Shown here: positions 7,504-16,047 of the stretch, in pieces
How positions within the stretch are numbered: position 1 is the first letter of the stretch
Layout of the letters: the number at the start of each line of letters is the position of its first letter
Assembly: GCF_047555085.1 (NCBI RefSeq)
Contig: NZ_CP180230.1
Coordinates: 870,001 to 902,000, forward strand
DNA from: Candidatus Saccharimonadota bacterium
Lineage (GTDB): Archaea > Nanohalarchaeota > Nanosalinia > Nanosalinales > Nanosalinaceae
DNA: 32,000 nt
Reading direction: 5' to 3'
Notes under the pieces: model-generated
Told to the model about the DNA's origin: nothing
What the model saw: the letters and a program-made list of their open reading frames with translations, nothing else
Databases searched by the model: none
Program-made: the position numbers and the translations under genes

Positions 7504-8514
7504 TTACTGGGTTACTGGCTGAACTTCTAGGTCAACTACGTAGCTCGAGCCATCGAAGTACTCATCCAAAACTTCTCCAGCTCCAGGATTACTTTCAACT
7601 TCCGCTGGTGACGGATCAAGCGCTACATCGAAGTCCGTCTCTAACTCAAATGCTGATGTTGAGTTAGGTGCTAAATCAACTTGACTTGAATCTACATAAT
7701 TGCTGACTTGATCAAAGCTGATCTGTTCATGATGATCTGTAGAAGTGTCACTGTAGATAGCTCCAGTGCTGTCGAAGTTGTTCTCAGTAACTACAGATGT
7801 TTCAAAAGGCTCTCCTAACTGTGCGTGAGCTGCGAATGATTGATTCTGCCCGGTCTCTCTAGAAACCACTACTTCAAACTCTCCTGTCTGAGAGTCATAA
7901 CTTGCACTTTCTACTTTCTCTACAGCTGAGATATCCGCTGTGTCCCCAGACGTACTTGGATCAATGACTGAGAATCCATCAGCCCAAGATACCTGGAAAT
8001 TGTCTTCAGATCCGCGGGAAATCTCTAAATTCGCATAAGCCGGATCATTCTCGAAGCTCATCTCATACACTACTCTGTCAGAGTAAGGAGTGACCTCTAC
8101 AGACTTCTCAGTCGCGTCGCCCTGAGCCCAACTGTTTCCTGCATCTTCAGTATCATAAAGTGTGAAACTCTGAGTTACGCCTGTTACCTCCTGAGAAATT
8201 CCTCCAATGTCATCTGCATCACTTACAAACTCTACTGTGGCAGTCCTATTGGCGTCGTTTACTAAAGTGAACTCATCTTGGTATGTGCTTCCCGCAACTA
8301 CTTCGCCATCGAAACTGGAAGTAACTTCAGTACTATCATCTGCGAAAGTAACTGCCTGATCCACGTCAGCTGTACCTGAAACCGTTCCAAACGTCGTAAG
8401 TAGTGCTGCGCTACCTGATCCTGCGAGGAAGAGGCCTATCAGAAGCATTGTTGGAACTGTCTTGCCGAGTACCTTGGTATCGTGCTTGAGTGCTTTCTTT
8501 GCGTGTTCTCTCAT
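7504..8514 (-). CDS. Secreted acidic protein of unknown function with TasA/SipW-type-like N-terminal signal region
   Basis: The ORF-track entry is 7504-8526 and starts at a GTG that lies inside a GGAGGTGA Shine-Dalgarno-like motif (8523-8530). The ATG at 8512-8514 sits 8 nt downstream of that motif, so I prefer 8514 as the start (336 aa). N-terminus: ..TMLLIGLFLAGSGSAALLTTFGTVSGTADVDQAV. The rest is acidic and beta-rich, with no family I recognise. Confidence 0.75.
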   Translation of the reverse strand: MREHAKKALKHDTKVLGKTVPTMLLIGLFLAGSGSAALLTTFGTVSGTADVDQAVTFADDSTEVTSSFDGEVVAGSTYQDEFTLVNDANRTATVEFVSDADDIGGISQEVTGVTQSFTLYDTEDAGNSWAQGDATEKSVEVTPYSDRVVYEMSFENDPAYANLEISRGSEDNFQVSWADGFSVIDPSTSGDTADISAVEKVESASYDSQTGEFEVVVSRETGQNQSFAAHAQLGEPFETSVVTENNFDSTGAIYSDTSTDHHEQISFDQVSNYVDSSQVDLAPNSTSAFELETDFDVALDPSPAEVESNPGAGEVLDEYFDGSSYVVDLEVQPVTQ

Positions 8515-8832
8515 ATCTAAATTCACCTCCGGACGTATTCCGAGAATTTATAGAGTGTAGAATGATTTTTGAGAAAAGTACTATCCGTACCGTGTTGTTC
8601 GATACGTTTCATATCGTACCCCTCCATAGTTTCCGGCGAGTAACCGGAATAACTTGAGAAACTCAACTAAATCTTAAATATTATAGGGCCTAAACATTCC
8701 AGCTAAGCCTGTAGTGCACTGGAAGATCACAACAATCTCCTAAGATTTTTCAGAGGCCTCTGACAAGGCCTTAACCCATAAAAATTCCATAATTCCTATC
8801 TTTTTCAGAATATCTGGAGGTCTCCAGTGATG

Positions 8833-8843
8833 TAAAAAGAATT
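8833..8843 (+). promoter_or_regulatory. Candidate TATA-like element for a leaderless hel308 transcript
   Basis: TAAAAAGAATT lies 19-29 nt upstream of the GTG start at 8862, and no SD motif intervenes. A similar A-rich element (AGAAAAAGAAT, 16106-16116) precedes gap. Confidence 0.3.
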
Positions 8844-8861
8844 CATCGCCAGAAGTTCTAC

Positions 8862-11135
8862 GTGAAAGTAGAAAATCTTGATCTTCCAGAACAACTGAAA
8901 AACAGCTACATCGATTCCGGGATAACTGATCTGAATCCTCCTCAAGAGCTGGCTGTAGAGGCCGGGCTGATGGAGGGCGAAGACATGATAGTTGCAGCTC
9001 CCACAGCCTCCGGTAAAACTTTTATCGCAGAATTGGCGATGGTAAACCAGGTAGTCAACAACGAGAAAACTGCTGTATACATCGTCCCGTTGAAGGCCCT
9101 GGCTTCGGAGAAGTACCAGGATTTCAGCGAGAGATACGAAGGCCTCAATGTAAGGATGTCTGTAGGAGATCTCGATGAAGCTGGCGAAGGCCTTGAAAAT
9201 GCCGATATTGTTATCGTGACTTCTGAAAAACTTGATTCGATGCTCCGGCATAATCCCTCATGGATACACGAGATAGGGCTTGTAGTGACTGATGAGATTC
9301 ATTTACTGACTTCTCCGAACAGGGGGCCTACGCTGGAAGTTACTTTGACAAGGCTGCGTGATCTACTTGATTTCCAGTTGCTAGGCCTTTCTGCAACTAT
9401 CTCGAATTCGGATGAGTTAGCGGAGTGGCTGGATGCAGAGCTTGTCGAATCAGATTACCGCCCTGTAGAGCTGAAAGAAGGTATCCATCAAGGCAACGAA
9501 GTCGAATTTTTTCCTGAAGACTATGAATTGGACGAAGAAAAATCTGAGGAGGAAAGTTCAGGCTTCAAGACAGGCAGTGAAATAAAAAACGAGGCCTCAG
9601 GAACTAAACGTACTGAAAAGATGTTCATAGAAGATGAACATGGAAGAGCTACTATGAATCTTCTTGAGGATACACTGGATAAAGACAAGCAGTGTATAAT
9701 TTTCTGTAACTCTCGTAAAGGAGCTGAGAAATCCAGTGACAGATGCGGAAAAGTTTCAAGGCCTGATCTGAGTAGACAGGAGAGAAAGGAGCTTGGAAGG
9801 ATCGCAGATGAGATCGAAAACGTTCTCGGGAATCCTACATCCCAGTGTAAGCGATTGGCGGAGAACGTTAGGAAAGGTGCGGCATTCCATCATGCAGGCC
9901 TTGTTACAGAGCAGAGAAATCTTGTTGAAGAGGCCTTCAAGGAAGGATTGATCCGTTCGGTCTCTGCGACGCCTACTCTGGCGGCTGGAGTTAATCTTCC
10001 TGCTTTCAGAGTTATTTTACGAGACTTGAAGCGTTATACCGGGGATGGCATGGATTTCATTCCTGTCTTGGAGTACGAGCAGATGACAGGACGTGCTGGA
10101 AGGCCTAAATACGATGATACCGGGGAAGCGATTTCGCTGGCGAAAAATCCCGGGATGAAGAATGAAATACTGGAGCGGTACGTTCTGGGAGAGGCAGAGA
10201 GGATTCAGTCGAAGCTGGCTGCTGAGCCGATCCTGCGTATGCATACTCTTTCATTGATTGCTTCGCGTTTCTGTACGGACATGGAGGAGTTGAGAAGCTT
10301 TTACAGGAAGACTTTCTACGCTTATCAGTACGGGGATATGGAAGAAGTTGAGGAGAAAGTGGAGAACGTTGTATCACAGCTAAGAGATTATGATTTTGTC
10401 GAAGAAGATGAGTTAAGGCCTACAGATGTAGGCAGGAGAGTTTCAGAGCTTTATATCGATCCTGATTCTGCTCACATGATGCTGGAGTGTCTTGAAAGAG
10501 CAGAAGATCAGGATACGAGGCCTGTATCGTATCTTTTCATGCTTTCCCGTACGACGGAGATGCAGCCGAGGCCTCGTGTACGTGACAAGGAGTGGAATGA
10601 GATCGAGCAGGCCTTTATGGATGCTCAGGAGTTTATTCTGGAGTCGACTCCGGATGAATGGGAGACTGATTACGATCACTTCATGGAGTGTATGAAGAAC
10701 TCGCTGCTGATGCAGGCCTGGATCTCGGAGCTGGATGAAGAGAAGATCATGAACAAGTACAACGTGGCTCCAGGCGGTATAAGGGCGAAGATGCGTGATG
10801 CTGACTGGCTGATCTATGGAGCTCAGGAACTGGCAAGGATGAAAAATCTTGATCTGAAGGATGAAGACGGCTCTTCAGAGCTGGAGAAGCTGCGTCTGAG
10901 ATTGAAGCACGGTATCAAGGACGAGCTGCTGAATCTTGTTTCGTATGATCAAATAGGACGTGTCAGAGCCAGGAAACTGTACGATCACGGTATAAGAGAT
11001 CAGAAAGACATCAGAGAAGTCAGCTTTGAGAAACTGAAAAAACTGATCGGGAAAGCTACTGCGAAGAAACTGAAAAAACAGGTAGGAGAGGAAAACATCT
11101 TCGACCGTGAAAACGTTATGGACTACTTCGAATAA
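8862..11135 (+). CDS. hel308: Ski2-like DNA helicase Hel308
   Basis: 757-aa ORF with GTG start. Walker A is AAPTASGKT and the DEAH-type motif is VTDEIHLL. Other helicase motifs include SATISN and TPTLAAGVNLPAF..QMTGRAGRP. The C-terminal winged-helix/ratchet/HhH-like region is typical of archaeal Hel308. An acidic low-complexity insertion spans about aa 205-260. Confidence 0.9.
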   Translation: MKVENLDLPEQLKNSYIDSGITDLNPPQELAVEAGLMEGEDMIVAAPTASGKTFIAELAMVNQVVNNEKTAVYIVPLKALASEKYQDFSERYEGLNVRMSVGDLDEAGEGLENADIVIVTSEKLDSMLRHNPSWIHEIGLVVTDEIHLLTSPNRGPTLEVTLTRLRDLLDFQLLGLSATISNSDELAEWLDAELVESDYRPVELKEGIHQGNEVEFFPEDYELDEEKSEEESSGFKTGSEIKNEASGTKRTEKMFIEDEHGRATMNLLEDTLDKDKQCIIFCNSRKGAEKSSDRCGKVSRPDLSRQERKELGRIADEIENVLGNPTSQCKRLAENVRKGAAFHHAGLVTEQRNLVEEAFKEGLIRSVSATPTLAAGVNLPAFRVILRDLKRYTGDGMDFIPVLEYEQMTGRAGRPKYDDTGEAISLAKNPGMKNEILERYVLGEAERIQSKLAAEPILRMHTLSLIASRFCTDMEELRSFYRKTFYAYQYGDMEEVEEKVENVVSQLRDYDFVEEDELRPTDVGRRVSELYIDPDSAHMMLECLERAEDQDTRPVSYLFMLSRTTEMQPRPRVRDKEWNEIEQAFMDAQEFILESTPDEWETDYDHFMECMKNSLLMQAWISELDEEKIMNKYNVAPGGIRAKMRDADWLIYGAQELARMKNLDLKDEDGSSELEKLRLRLKHGIKDELLNLVSYDQIGRVRARKLYDHGIRDQKDIREVSFEKLKKLIGKATAKKLKKQVGEENIFDRENVMDYFE

Positions 11136-11504
11136 TCAGGCCTCTACCTCTCTTTTAGCCTCCTCAAACAGTTCCTGAAGTATTAATTCCCTCTGACCTT
11201 CTACGAGTCTATCGACAGGCCTCATCAGAAAGTCGAAAGGTGCCGGCAGAGAGCTCTCTGATTCTATCTGTTCTCTGGCATAGTTGAAGACATCAGTTTT
11301 CGTCTCGATCTCGTCGATGCCGTCCAGAAGGCCTCTGTAGATATTTCTCTCCATACTCTCTACTGCACTGTATTCATCAGCAGCGTAGAACTGTGCAGTT
11401 TCAGCTTCCTCGAGACGTGTACGGGCCTTTTCCTCGAGTGCCTCGATATACGCATCCATTTCGTGATCGGGAACAGTTGCCAGAGGCGTCCAGTAATCTC
11501 TCAC
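11136..11504 (-). CDS. Hypothetical acidic protein
   Basis: 122-aa ORF with a GTG start at 11504 (alternative ATG at 11459). Its composition matches the neighbouring genes. Its stop codon directly abuts the hel308 stop. I recognise no family. Confidence 0.5.
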   Translation of the reverse strand: MRDYWTPLATVPDHEMDAYIEALEEKARTRLEEAETAQFYAADEYSAVESMERNIYRGLLDGIDEIETKTDVFNYAREQIESESSLPAPFDFLMRPVDRLVEGQRELILQELFEEAKREVEA

Positions 11505-11537
11505 ACTGAAAAAATAGTAGAAAGAATTTTTTGTAGT

Positions 11538-12401
11538 TTACGGAGCCTCTAGCTCTTCCTCAACTTTTTCCACCAGTTCACCGTCTCCCGCAAAGAAAGG
11601 CACCCTCTGATGAAGCCTGGAGGCCTCTACATCCAGTATCGACTGTTCTGTATCCGTAGAACCGCCCCCAGCATTTTCAATGATGAAAGCTACAGGATTC
11701 GCCTCGAAAAGTAACCTGTACTTTCCCTGAGGTGCATCAGTCCTGTAAGGATACGCAAAAAGGCCTCCATGATGAATCGTCTGATTTATGTCGCCGACGA
11801 AGGCACCTCCGTAACGAAGCTTGTAGTCACGGGAGATCTCTTCTTCGAAATCTTTGAAATCCTCCGTCCAGTTCTTGTTCCCTCCAAAACCGTAGACAGA
11901 GGCCTCCGGCATCTCAATATCCTCTGAAGCAAGAACGATATCCACTTCATCGCCAGATTTTTCCTCGACGACGTATTCGTTCACAGTACCGTCTTCAACA
12001 CGCATAATCGTTGTCAGAGGCCCGTAAACGACATAAAAAGCTGAAACAAGGTTTCTGCCGCTGCACGGTAGTTCATCATCGTACATGCCAACTATAGTGC
12101 CTACAAGATTGTTGGTAGGGATGTTAGAGGAGCCGTCGAGAGGATCTATAGATACTGATAGGCCTTCGCCGCATTCTGTTATTTCCTGTTCTTCCTCGGA
12201 TGCGAACTGGCCAACTCCGTCGATTGAAGTGATCTCCTGTTTGAAAAATTCGTTGGCCCAGACATCAGCCTCTAGCTGTTCTTCGTCGCTGGGATTCTCC
12301 TCCCCAACGTACTCTCTTCTGTTTTGAAGGCCTGAGGAGATGTGTGGAGTTACTTCAGCTACTTTTCTGAAGATTTCATCCGCTACTTCTTCCCTGTCCA
12401 C
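11538..12401 (-). CDS. fbp: Fructose-1,6-bisphosphatase, class 1
   Basis: 287-aa ORF. SIDPLDGSSN is the metal-binding motif. YRLLFEANPVAFIIENAGGGSTD matches the class I FBPase signature (LRLLYEANPMAF..E.AGG). Confidence 0.85.
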   Translation of the reverse strand: MDREEVADEIFRKVAEVTPHISSGLQNRREYVGEENPSDEEQLEADVWANEFFKQEITSIDGVGQFASEEEQEITECGEGLSVSIDPLDGSSNIPTNNLVGTIVGMYDDELPCSGRNLVSAFYVVYGPLTTIMRVEDGTVNEYVVEEKSGDEVDIVLASEDIEMPEASVYGFGGNKNWTEDFKDFEEEISRDYKLRYGGAFVGDINQTIHHGGLFAYPYRTDAPQGKYRLLFEANPVAFIIENAGGGSTDTEQSILDVEASRLHQRVPFFAGDGELVEKVEEELEAP

Positions 12402-12407
12402 TTTGAA

Positions 12408-13229
12408 TCACTCTGTGACTTCTTCCGGATTTTTTCCTTCAAATATGACTCCTTCAAGCTTGTCAAGTAAGCTTTCAGGGTCTTCGCGCTGGAAGATGTT
12501 TCTCCCGACAGCCAATCCGTTTCCTCCCACTTCTATAGTTGCGTTGACATCTTCAAGGAAGGCCTTATCGCTTCTCTTGGATCCTCCGGACATGACAGTT
12601 TTCATCTCCCCTACGACGTCTTCAAGCTGTTCCCAGTCTCTCTGTTCGCCAGGATACTTGCATTTCACCATGTCTGCTCCGAGCTCGAGGCCTAGACGGG
12701 CTCCATAAGCTACTACTTCCGGATCTTTCTGTCCTGAGTATTCAGTGTTTTCTTCTATTCCTTTTCCTCTTGGATAGCTCCACATTACTACAGGTATACC
12801 GTATTTGCGGGCCTGTTCCTGTACTTCTCTGAATTCTTTCCACATCTCGTCTTCGTGGATCGAGCCGGCGTACATCGTGTATCCGATAGCATCCGCGTCC
12901 AGTTCCTCAACAGCATATCTTACGCTGCATTGCTTCGGAGAGTAGTAGTCCTCTCTCTTCGCAAGATTAGAGTTTCCGTTCAACTTGACGAGAAGTGGTG
13001 CCCCGCTCTTTCCAGTATCTTCCTGCCATTTTCTGTAGTATTCGGCGTTTCCTTTCTGAAGTGCGATGGCAGTGACGGCGTCATGCTCCGACACCCTGAA
13101 GACGTGCTTGGGCTCGGCACTTTCCGGCATAGGCTCGAAGTCAACAGGCCCGTGCTCAGTACCATGATCGTAGGCAAGGATTAATGAGTTTCCATTCCGG
13201 ACGATCGGAGAATCATCAAAATCTTTCAT
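12408..13229 (-). CDS. fba: Class I fructose-bisphosphate aldolase, archaeal DhnA/FbaB type (DeoC/LacD superfamily)
   Basis: 273-aa ORF with motifs LILAYDHGTEHGP, LLVKLNG, ADMVKCKYPG and GLAVGRNIFQ. It lies 6 nt upstream of fbp in the same orientation. A paralogous AroA'-type function cannot be excluded from sequence alone. Confidence 0.8.
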   Translation of the reverse strand: MKDFDDSPIVRNGNSLILAYDHGTEHGPVDFEPMPESAEPKHVFRVSEHDAVTAIALQKGNAEYYRKWQEDTGKSGAPLLVKLNGNSNLAKREDYYSPKQCSVRYAVEELDADAIGYTMYAGSIHEDEMWKEFREVQEQARKYGIPVVMWSYPRGKGIEENTEYSGQKDPEVVAYGARLGLELGADMVKCKYPGEQRDWEQLEDVVGEMKTVMSGGSKRSDKAFLEDVNATIEVGGNGLAVGRNIFQREDPESLLDKLEGVIFEGKNPEEVTE

Positions 13230-13268
13230 ATTACGAAGTATTACGACTCCTTCTTTAAACAGTTTTCG

Positions 13269-13478
13269 CTATGGCTGTGCGTTGTATGCATCATAGACCT
13301 GCCAGAAAAATATGACAGGAGTCGTTATGAAACCTATCAATACCCATGTCAGGACTCCACTGATGAAAAGCGCCAGCATAATACCCAGGCCTTTCAGAAT
13401 CTCTCCCTTGATTATCTGCCCGAGGCCCGGCACAAGAAGCGAGATTATCGCAGGCACACCGTATTTTCTATCAGCCAT
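13269..13478 (-). CDS. Small membrane protein (two predicted TM helices)
   Basis: 69-aa ORF. VPGLGQIIKGEILKG is a motif common in small TM proteins, and two hydrophobic stretches are present. It sits upstream of fba-fbp on the same strand. Confidence 0.55.
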   Translation of the reverse strand: MADRKYGVPAIISLLVPGLGQIIKGEILKGLGIMLALFISGVLTWVLIGFITTPVIFFWQVYDAYNAQP

Positions 13479-13570
13479 GAAGAACCAATCACGTATGACA
13501 GTGAAAAACTTTTCTCCGGTATAGGCCTTTTTCCATTGAAGTTAAAGAAGTTGACAGAGAAAAATCCGAT

Positions 13571-14125
13571 ATGAAGACAGAATCATCCGAAACTCTGGAG
13601 ATCGGTGACACTGCACCGGATTTCGAACTTGAAAATATCGAAGGTGAGAAAGTAGGCCTGGAAGATCTGAACAATTACGACGGTGTCCTCGTCGTGTTCA
13701 TGTGCAACCACTGCCCCTTTGTTCACGCCAATCTGGATGAGATAAAGAGACTGAATCAGGAATACTCCTCTATCGCTGTAGTAGGAATCAATCCGAACGC
13801 CGAGACACATCCAATGGATACGGAAGAGAAGATGCCGGAGTTTGTGGGGGAAAACGATATCGATTTCCAGTACCTTTCAGACCCGGAACAGAAAGTCGCA
13901 GAGGCCTTCGACGCCAAATGCACTCCAGACCCGTTCCTTCTGGACATGAGACACCGTGTATACTATCACGGCAGATTGACAGATATAGAAAAGCCGGGAG
14001 ACGAGGCCTCTGAATTTTACATGGAGGAAGCAATCGAAAAAATGCTGAAAAGGAAAAATCCTCCTCAGGAACAGGAGCCGAGCGTAGGATGCAGCATCAA
14101 ATGGAAGGAAAGTGATGAAAAATGA
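13571..14125 (+). CDS. Thioredoxin-fold thiol-disulfide oxidoreductase / AhpC-TSA-like protein
   Basis: 184-aa ORF with an ATG start. APDFELENIEG.KV.L and VVFMCNHCPFV (CxxC) are typical of redoxin-family proteins. Confidence 0.75.
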   Translation: MKTESSETLEIGDTAPDFELENIEGEKVGLEDLNNYDGVLVVFMCNHCPFVHANLDEIKRLNQEYSSIAVVGINPNAETHPMDTEEKMPEFVGENDIDFQYLSDPEQKVAEAFDAKCTPDPFLLDMRHRVYYHGRLTDIEKPGDEASEFYMEEAIEKMLKRKNPPQEQEPSVGCSIKWKESDEK

Positions 14126-14697
14126 GTTATACTGTAAGACCTGAGCCACATCAGATCCGGGAGGCCAAACAGACAGTTGAAGGAGTACTGGAAAGCTGCA
14201 AATACATACTGGAGAAAAATGAAATGCTTGAGATAAGTCTTGGAGCTGCTCCAACCGCTTCACCAGGCGAACACGGAGCTCATGGAGCAGCGCTTAATTC
14301 AGAGGCCGCACAGTTCTATTTCAAGCCAGAGATAGATTCCTGGAAAGATGATCTTGAGAAAGTTGTAACGAAAGAATACGGCAAATCATGGTTCTACGAG
14401 AAGACAGAGGATGCAGGACTTGTCTGGCAGGAAATACTGGCTGAAAGCTTTGGATTGATGTTTCTGGAAGAAAACTCAGGCGGCAGAGAGCCAGAAAAAG
14501 ACGTTAAAGAATTCGAAGACGAATGGCAGGAACTAGAGGCCTCTCTGGGAGATTTCATCAACGAGTTCAATCCAGAGAAGATATCCTGGCAGCTTAAATG
14601 GTTTATAGGCAAGGAAATACTCGAGGAACGCGAACTGGAAGAGTTCGTGGAACTGAAAAAGTCAGATGTTGAAGAAGCCGGTGAAAATCTTTTCTAG
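14122..14697 (+). CDS. Hypothetical acidic protein, translationally coupled between the redoxin gene and NMNAT
   Basis: 191-aa ORF. Its ATG overlaps the upstream TGA (ATGA at 14122-14125), and its TAG is immediately followed by the NMNAT ATG. I recognise no family. Confidence 0.6.
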   Translation: MSYTVRPEPHQIREAKQTVEGVLESCKYILEKNEMLEISLGAAPTASPGEHGAHGAALNSEAAQFYFKPEIDSWKDDLEKVVTKEYGKSWFYEKTEDAGLVWQEILAESFGLMFLEENSGGREPEKDVKEFEDEWQELEASLGDFINEFNPEKISWQLKWFIGKEILEERELEEFVELKKSDVEEAGENLF

Positions 14698-15249
14698 ATG
14701 AAAGCAGTATTCTTAGGGCGTTTCCAGCCCTTCCACAGAGGCCATAGAAAAGTTATAGAGGACTACAGGGATGAATTTGATGATTTCTGTATAGGAATCG
14801 GCAGTACCGATGAAGAGAGGACTGAAGACAATCCTCTAAACTTTGAAGAGAGAAAAGAGCTTATAGAGGCCTGTTATCCTGATCTGGAGATTGTAGGTAT
14901 AGATGATGAGGAAAAAACTGATGAAGGTAACAGGATATGGATGGAGAAGGTGAAGAAGAAAACAGGAGCCGACATAGTGATTTCTCAGAATCCGCTGGTG
15001 CGGAAGATAGTTGAAGATTTTCCAGGCCTTGAACTTGAGGAACAGGATCTGCATGATCCGAAAATTTATTCGGGAACAGCTGTCAGAAGAAGGATAAAGT
15101 CAGGTGAGGAATGGCGTTATCTTGTTCCAGAATGTGCCGAAGATAAGCTGGGTGAGTTCGTTGAAAGGATTAAAGATTCTGGTGTACAGTACGATTTTGA
15201 GCCAGGATGGGAGCGGAAAAACGCGTTCTACGATACTTACGAGAAGTGA
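14698..15249 (+). CDS. nadM: Nicotinamide-nucleotide adenylyltransferase, archaeal type
   Basis: 183-aa ORF. GRFQPFHRGH is the (H/T)xGH nucleotidyltransferase motif, and YSGTAVRRRI..GEEWRYLVP matches archaeal NMNAT (YSGTEIRRRM..GE.WE.LVP). Confidence 0.9.
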   Translation: MKAVFLGRFQPFHRGHRKVIEDYRDEFDDFCIGIGSTDEERTEDNPLNFEERKELIEACYPDLEIVGIDDEEKTDEGNRIWMEKVKKKTGADIVISQNPLVRKIVEDFPGLELEEQDLHDPKIYSGTAVRRRIKSGEEWRYLVPECAEDKLGEFVERIKDSGVQYDFEPGWERKNAFYDTYEK

Positions 15250-15261
15250 AAAAGCATATTT

Positions 15262-16047
15262 CTATCGAAAGGCCTCTGGAAGATTTTCTGCGATGTCTGT
15301 AGCCAGTGCAGCGTTACCATATTGCTCTGCCGAGATTTCTCCTGCTCTTCCGTTCACCCAGGCCCCCAGTCTTGCAGCTTCAGTAATCTCAAGTCCCTGA
15401 GCTATCAATGATGATACCGCTCCGGCTAGAACATCTCCTGTTCCGCCTACAGTCATTGTTGCGTGGCCGGATGTATTTTCAAATGATTCTTCAGGAGCTA
15501 TTATCTTATCTTTCTCCCCTTTGAGCAGAACTACAGCATCTTTTTCCCCGACAAAATCTTCCAGAGAACCGAATTTTTCACGCAATATCTCTGCCTCCGC
15601 CTCATGTGGCGTGAAGACTGCCTTCTCGAAAGCAGCATCCATTAGAGGAGCTATAGCATCGGCATCTACAACTAGCGGAGCTTCTGTAGCTTCAGCAAAC
15701 TCTTTCAGATAATCACCGTCTGCACTGGAGAGGCCTGAGCCCACGACAACGGCATCCGCCCATTCAGACATCTTCTTAGCTTTCTCGCATGCTTCTTCAC
15801 CAAAGTAGTCTGATTGATAGTCCTCTACTATGAAATTCTCGGAGTATGATCTAACTACATCGCTCACCTCCTTTGAAGTGAGAATTTTCACTAGATCAGA
15901 TCCTGTTCTCAGAGCACCTCTGGCGTTCAAGGCCGGGGCTCCGGAAAAATCCCTGCTGCCACCTATGACTCCGACTTTGCCGTTCTGGCCCTTGTGAGAT
16001 TTCCCAGGCCTCTCAAGTTTTTTCAGTAGTTTTTCAGGAGACTGCAT
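15262..16047 (-). CDS. nnrD: ADP-dependent NAD(P)H-hydrate dehydratase (YjeF C-terminal / carbohydrate-kinase-like)
   Basis: 261-aa ORF with motifs HKGQNGKVGVIGGSRDFSGAPALNARGALRTGSDLV and GGTGDVLAG. Confidence 0.8.
   Translation of the reverse strand: MQSPEKLLKKLERPGKSHKGQNGKVGVIGGSRDFSGAPALNARGALRTGSDLVKILTSKEVSDVVRSYSENFIVEDYQSDYFGEEACEKAKKMSEWADAVVVGSGLSSADGDYLKEFAEATEAPLVVDADAIAPLMDAAFEKAVFTPHEAEAEILREKFGSLEDFVGEKDAVVLLKGEKDKIIAPEESFENTSGHATMTVGGTGDVLAGAVSSLIAQGLEITEAARLGAWVNGRAGEISAEQYGNAALATDIAENLPEAFR

Noticed and set aside
7247-8421. Class III (type IV pilin/archaellin) signal peptides on the two secreted proteins
   Set aside because: There is no [KR]-G followed by [AQS] cleavage motif before the hydrophobic stretch. 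The conserved motif lies after the hydrophobic segment instead.
8515-8526. GTG start at 8526 for the secreted-protein gene
   Set aside because: The GTG lies within the GGAGGTGA motif (8523-8530), and the ATG at 8514 is at ideal SD spacing. The GTG start is not strictly excluded.
8590-8640. T-loop-like GTTCGATAC, suggesting a tRNA in the long spacer
   Set aside because: I could not fold an acceptor stem, anticodon arm or D-arm on either strand.
8826-8866. Possible C/D-box sRNA (GTGATGT ... CGTGA) just upstream of hel308
   Set aside because: The C box has a mismatch. There is no clear CTGA D box, no terminal stem and no C'/D' pair. The region is better explained as the hel308 promoter.
8805-9251. 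148-aa minus-strand ORF overlapping the 5' end of hel308
   Set aside because: It is an antisense shadow of a strongly supported helicase gene. Its basic, hydrophobic composition is atypical for this acidic proteome.
9470-9640. Insertion in hel308 as an intein or mobile insertion
   Set aside because: It is a short acidic low-complexity linker (EDYELDEEKSEEESSG...). It has no intein splice-junction or endonuclease motifs, and such linkers are typical of halophile proteins.
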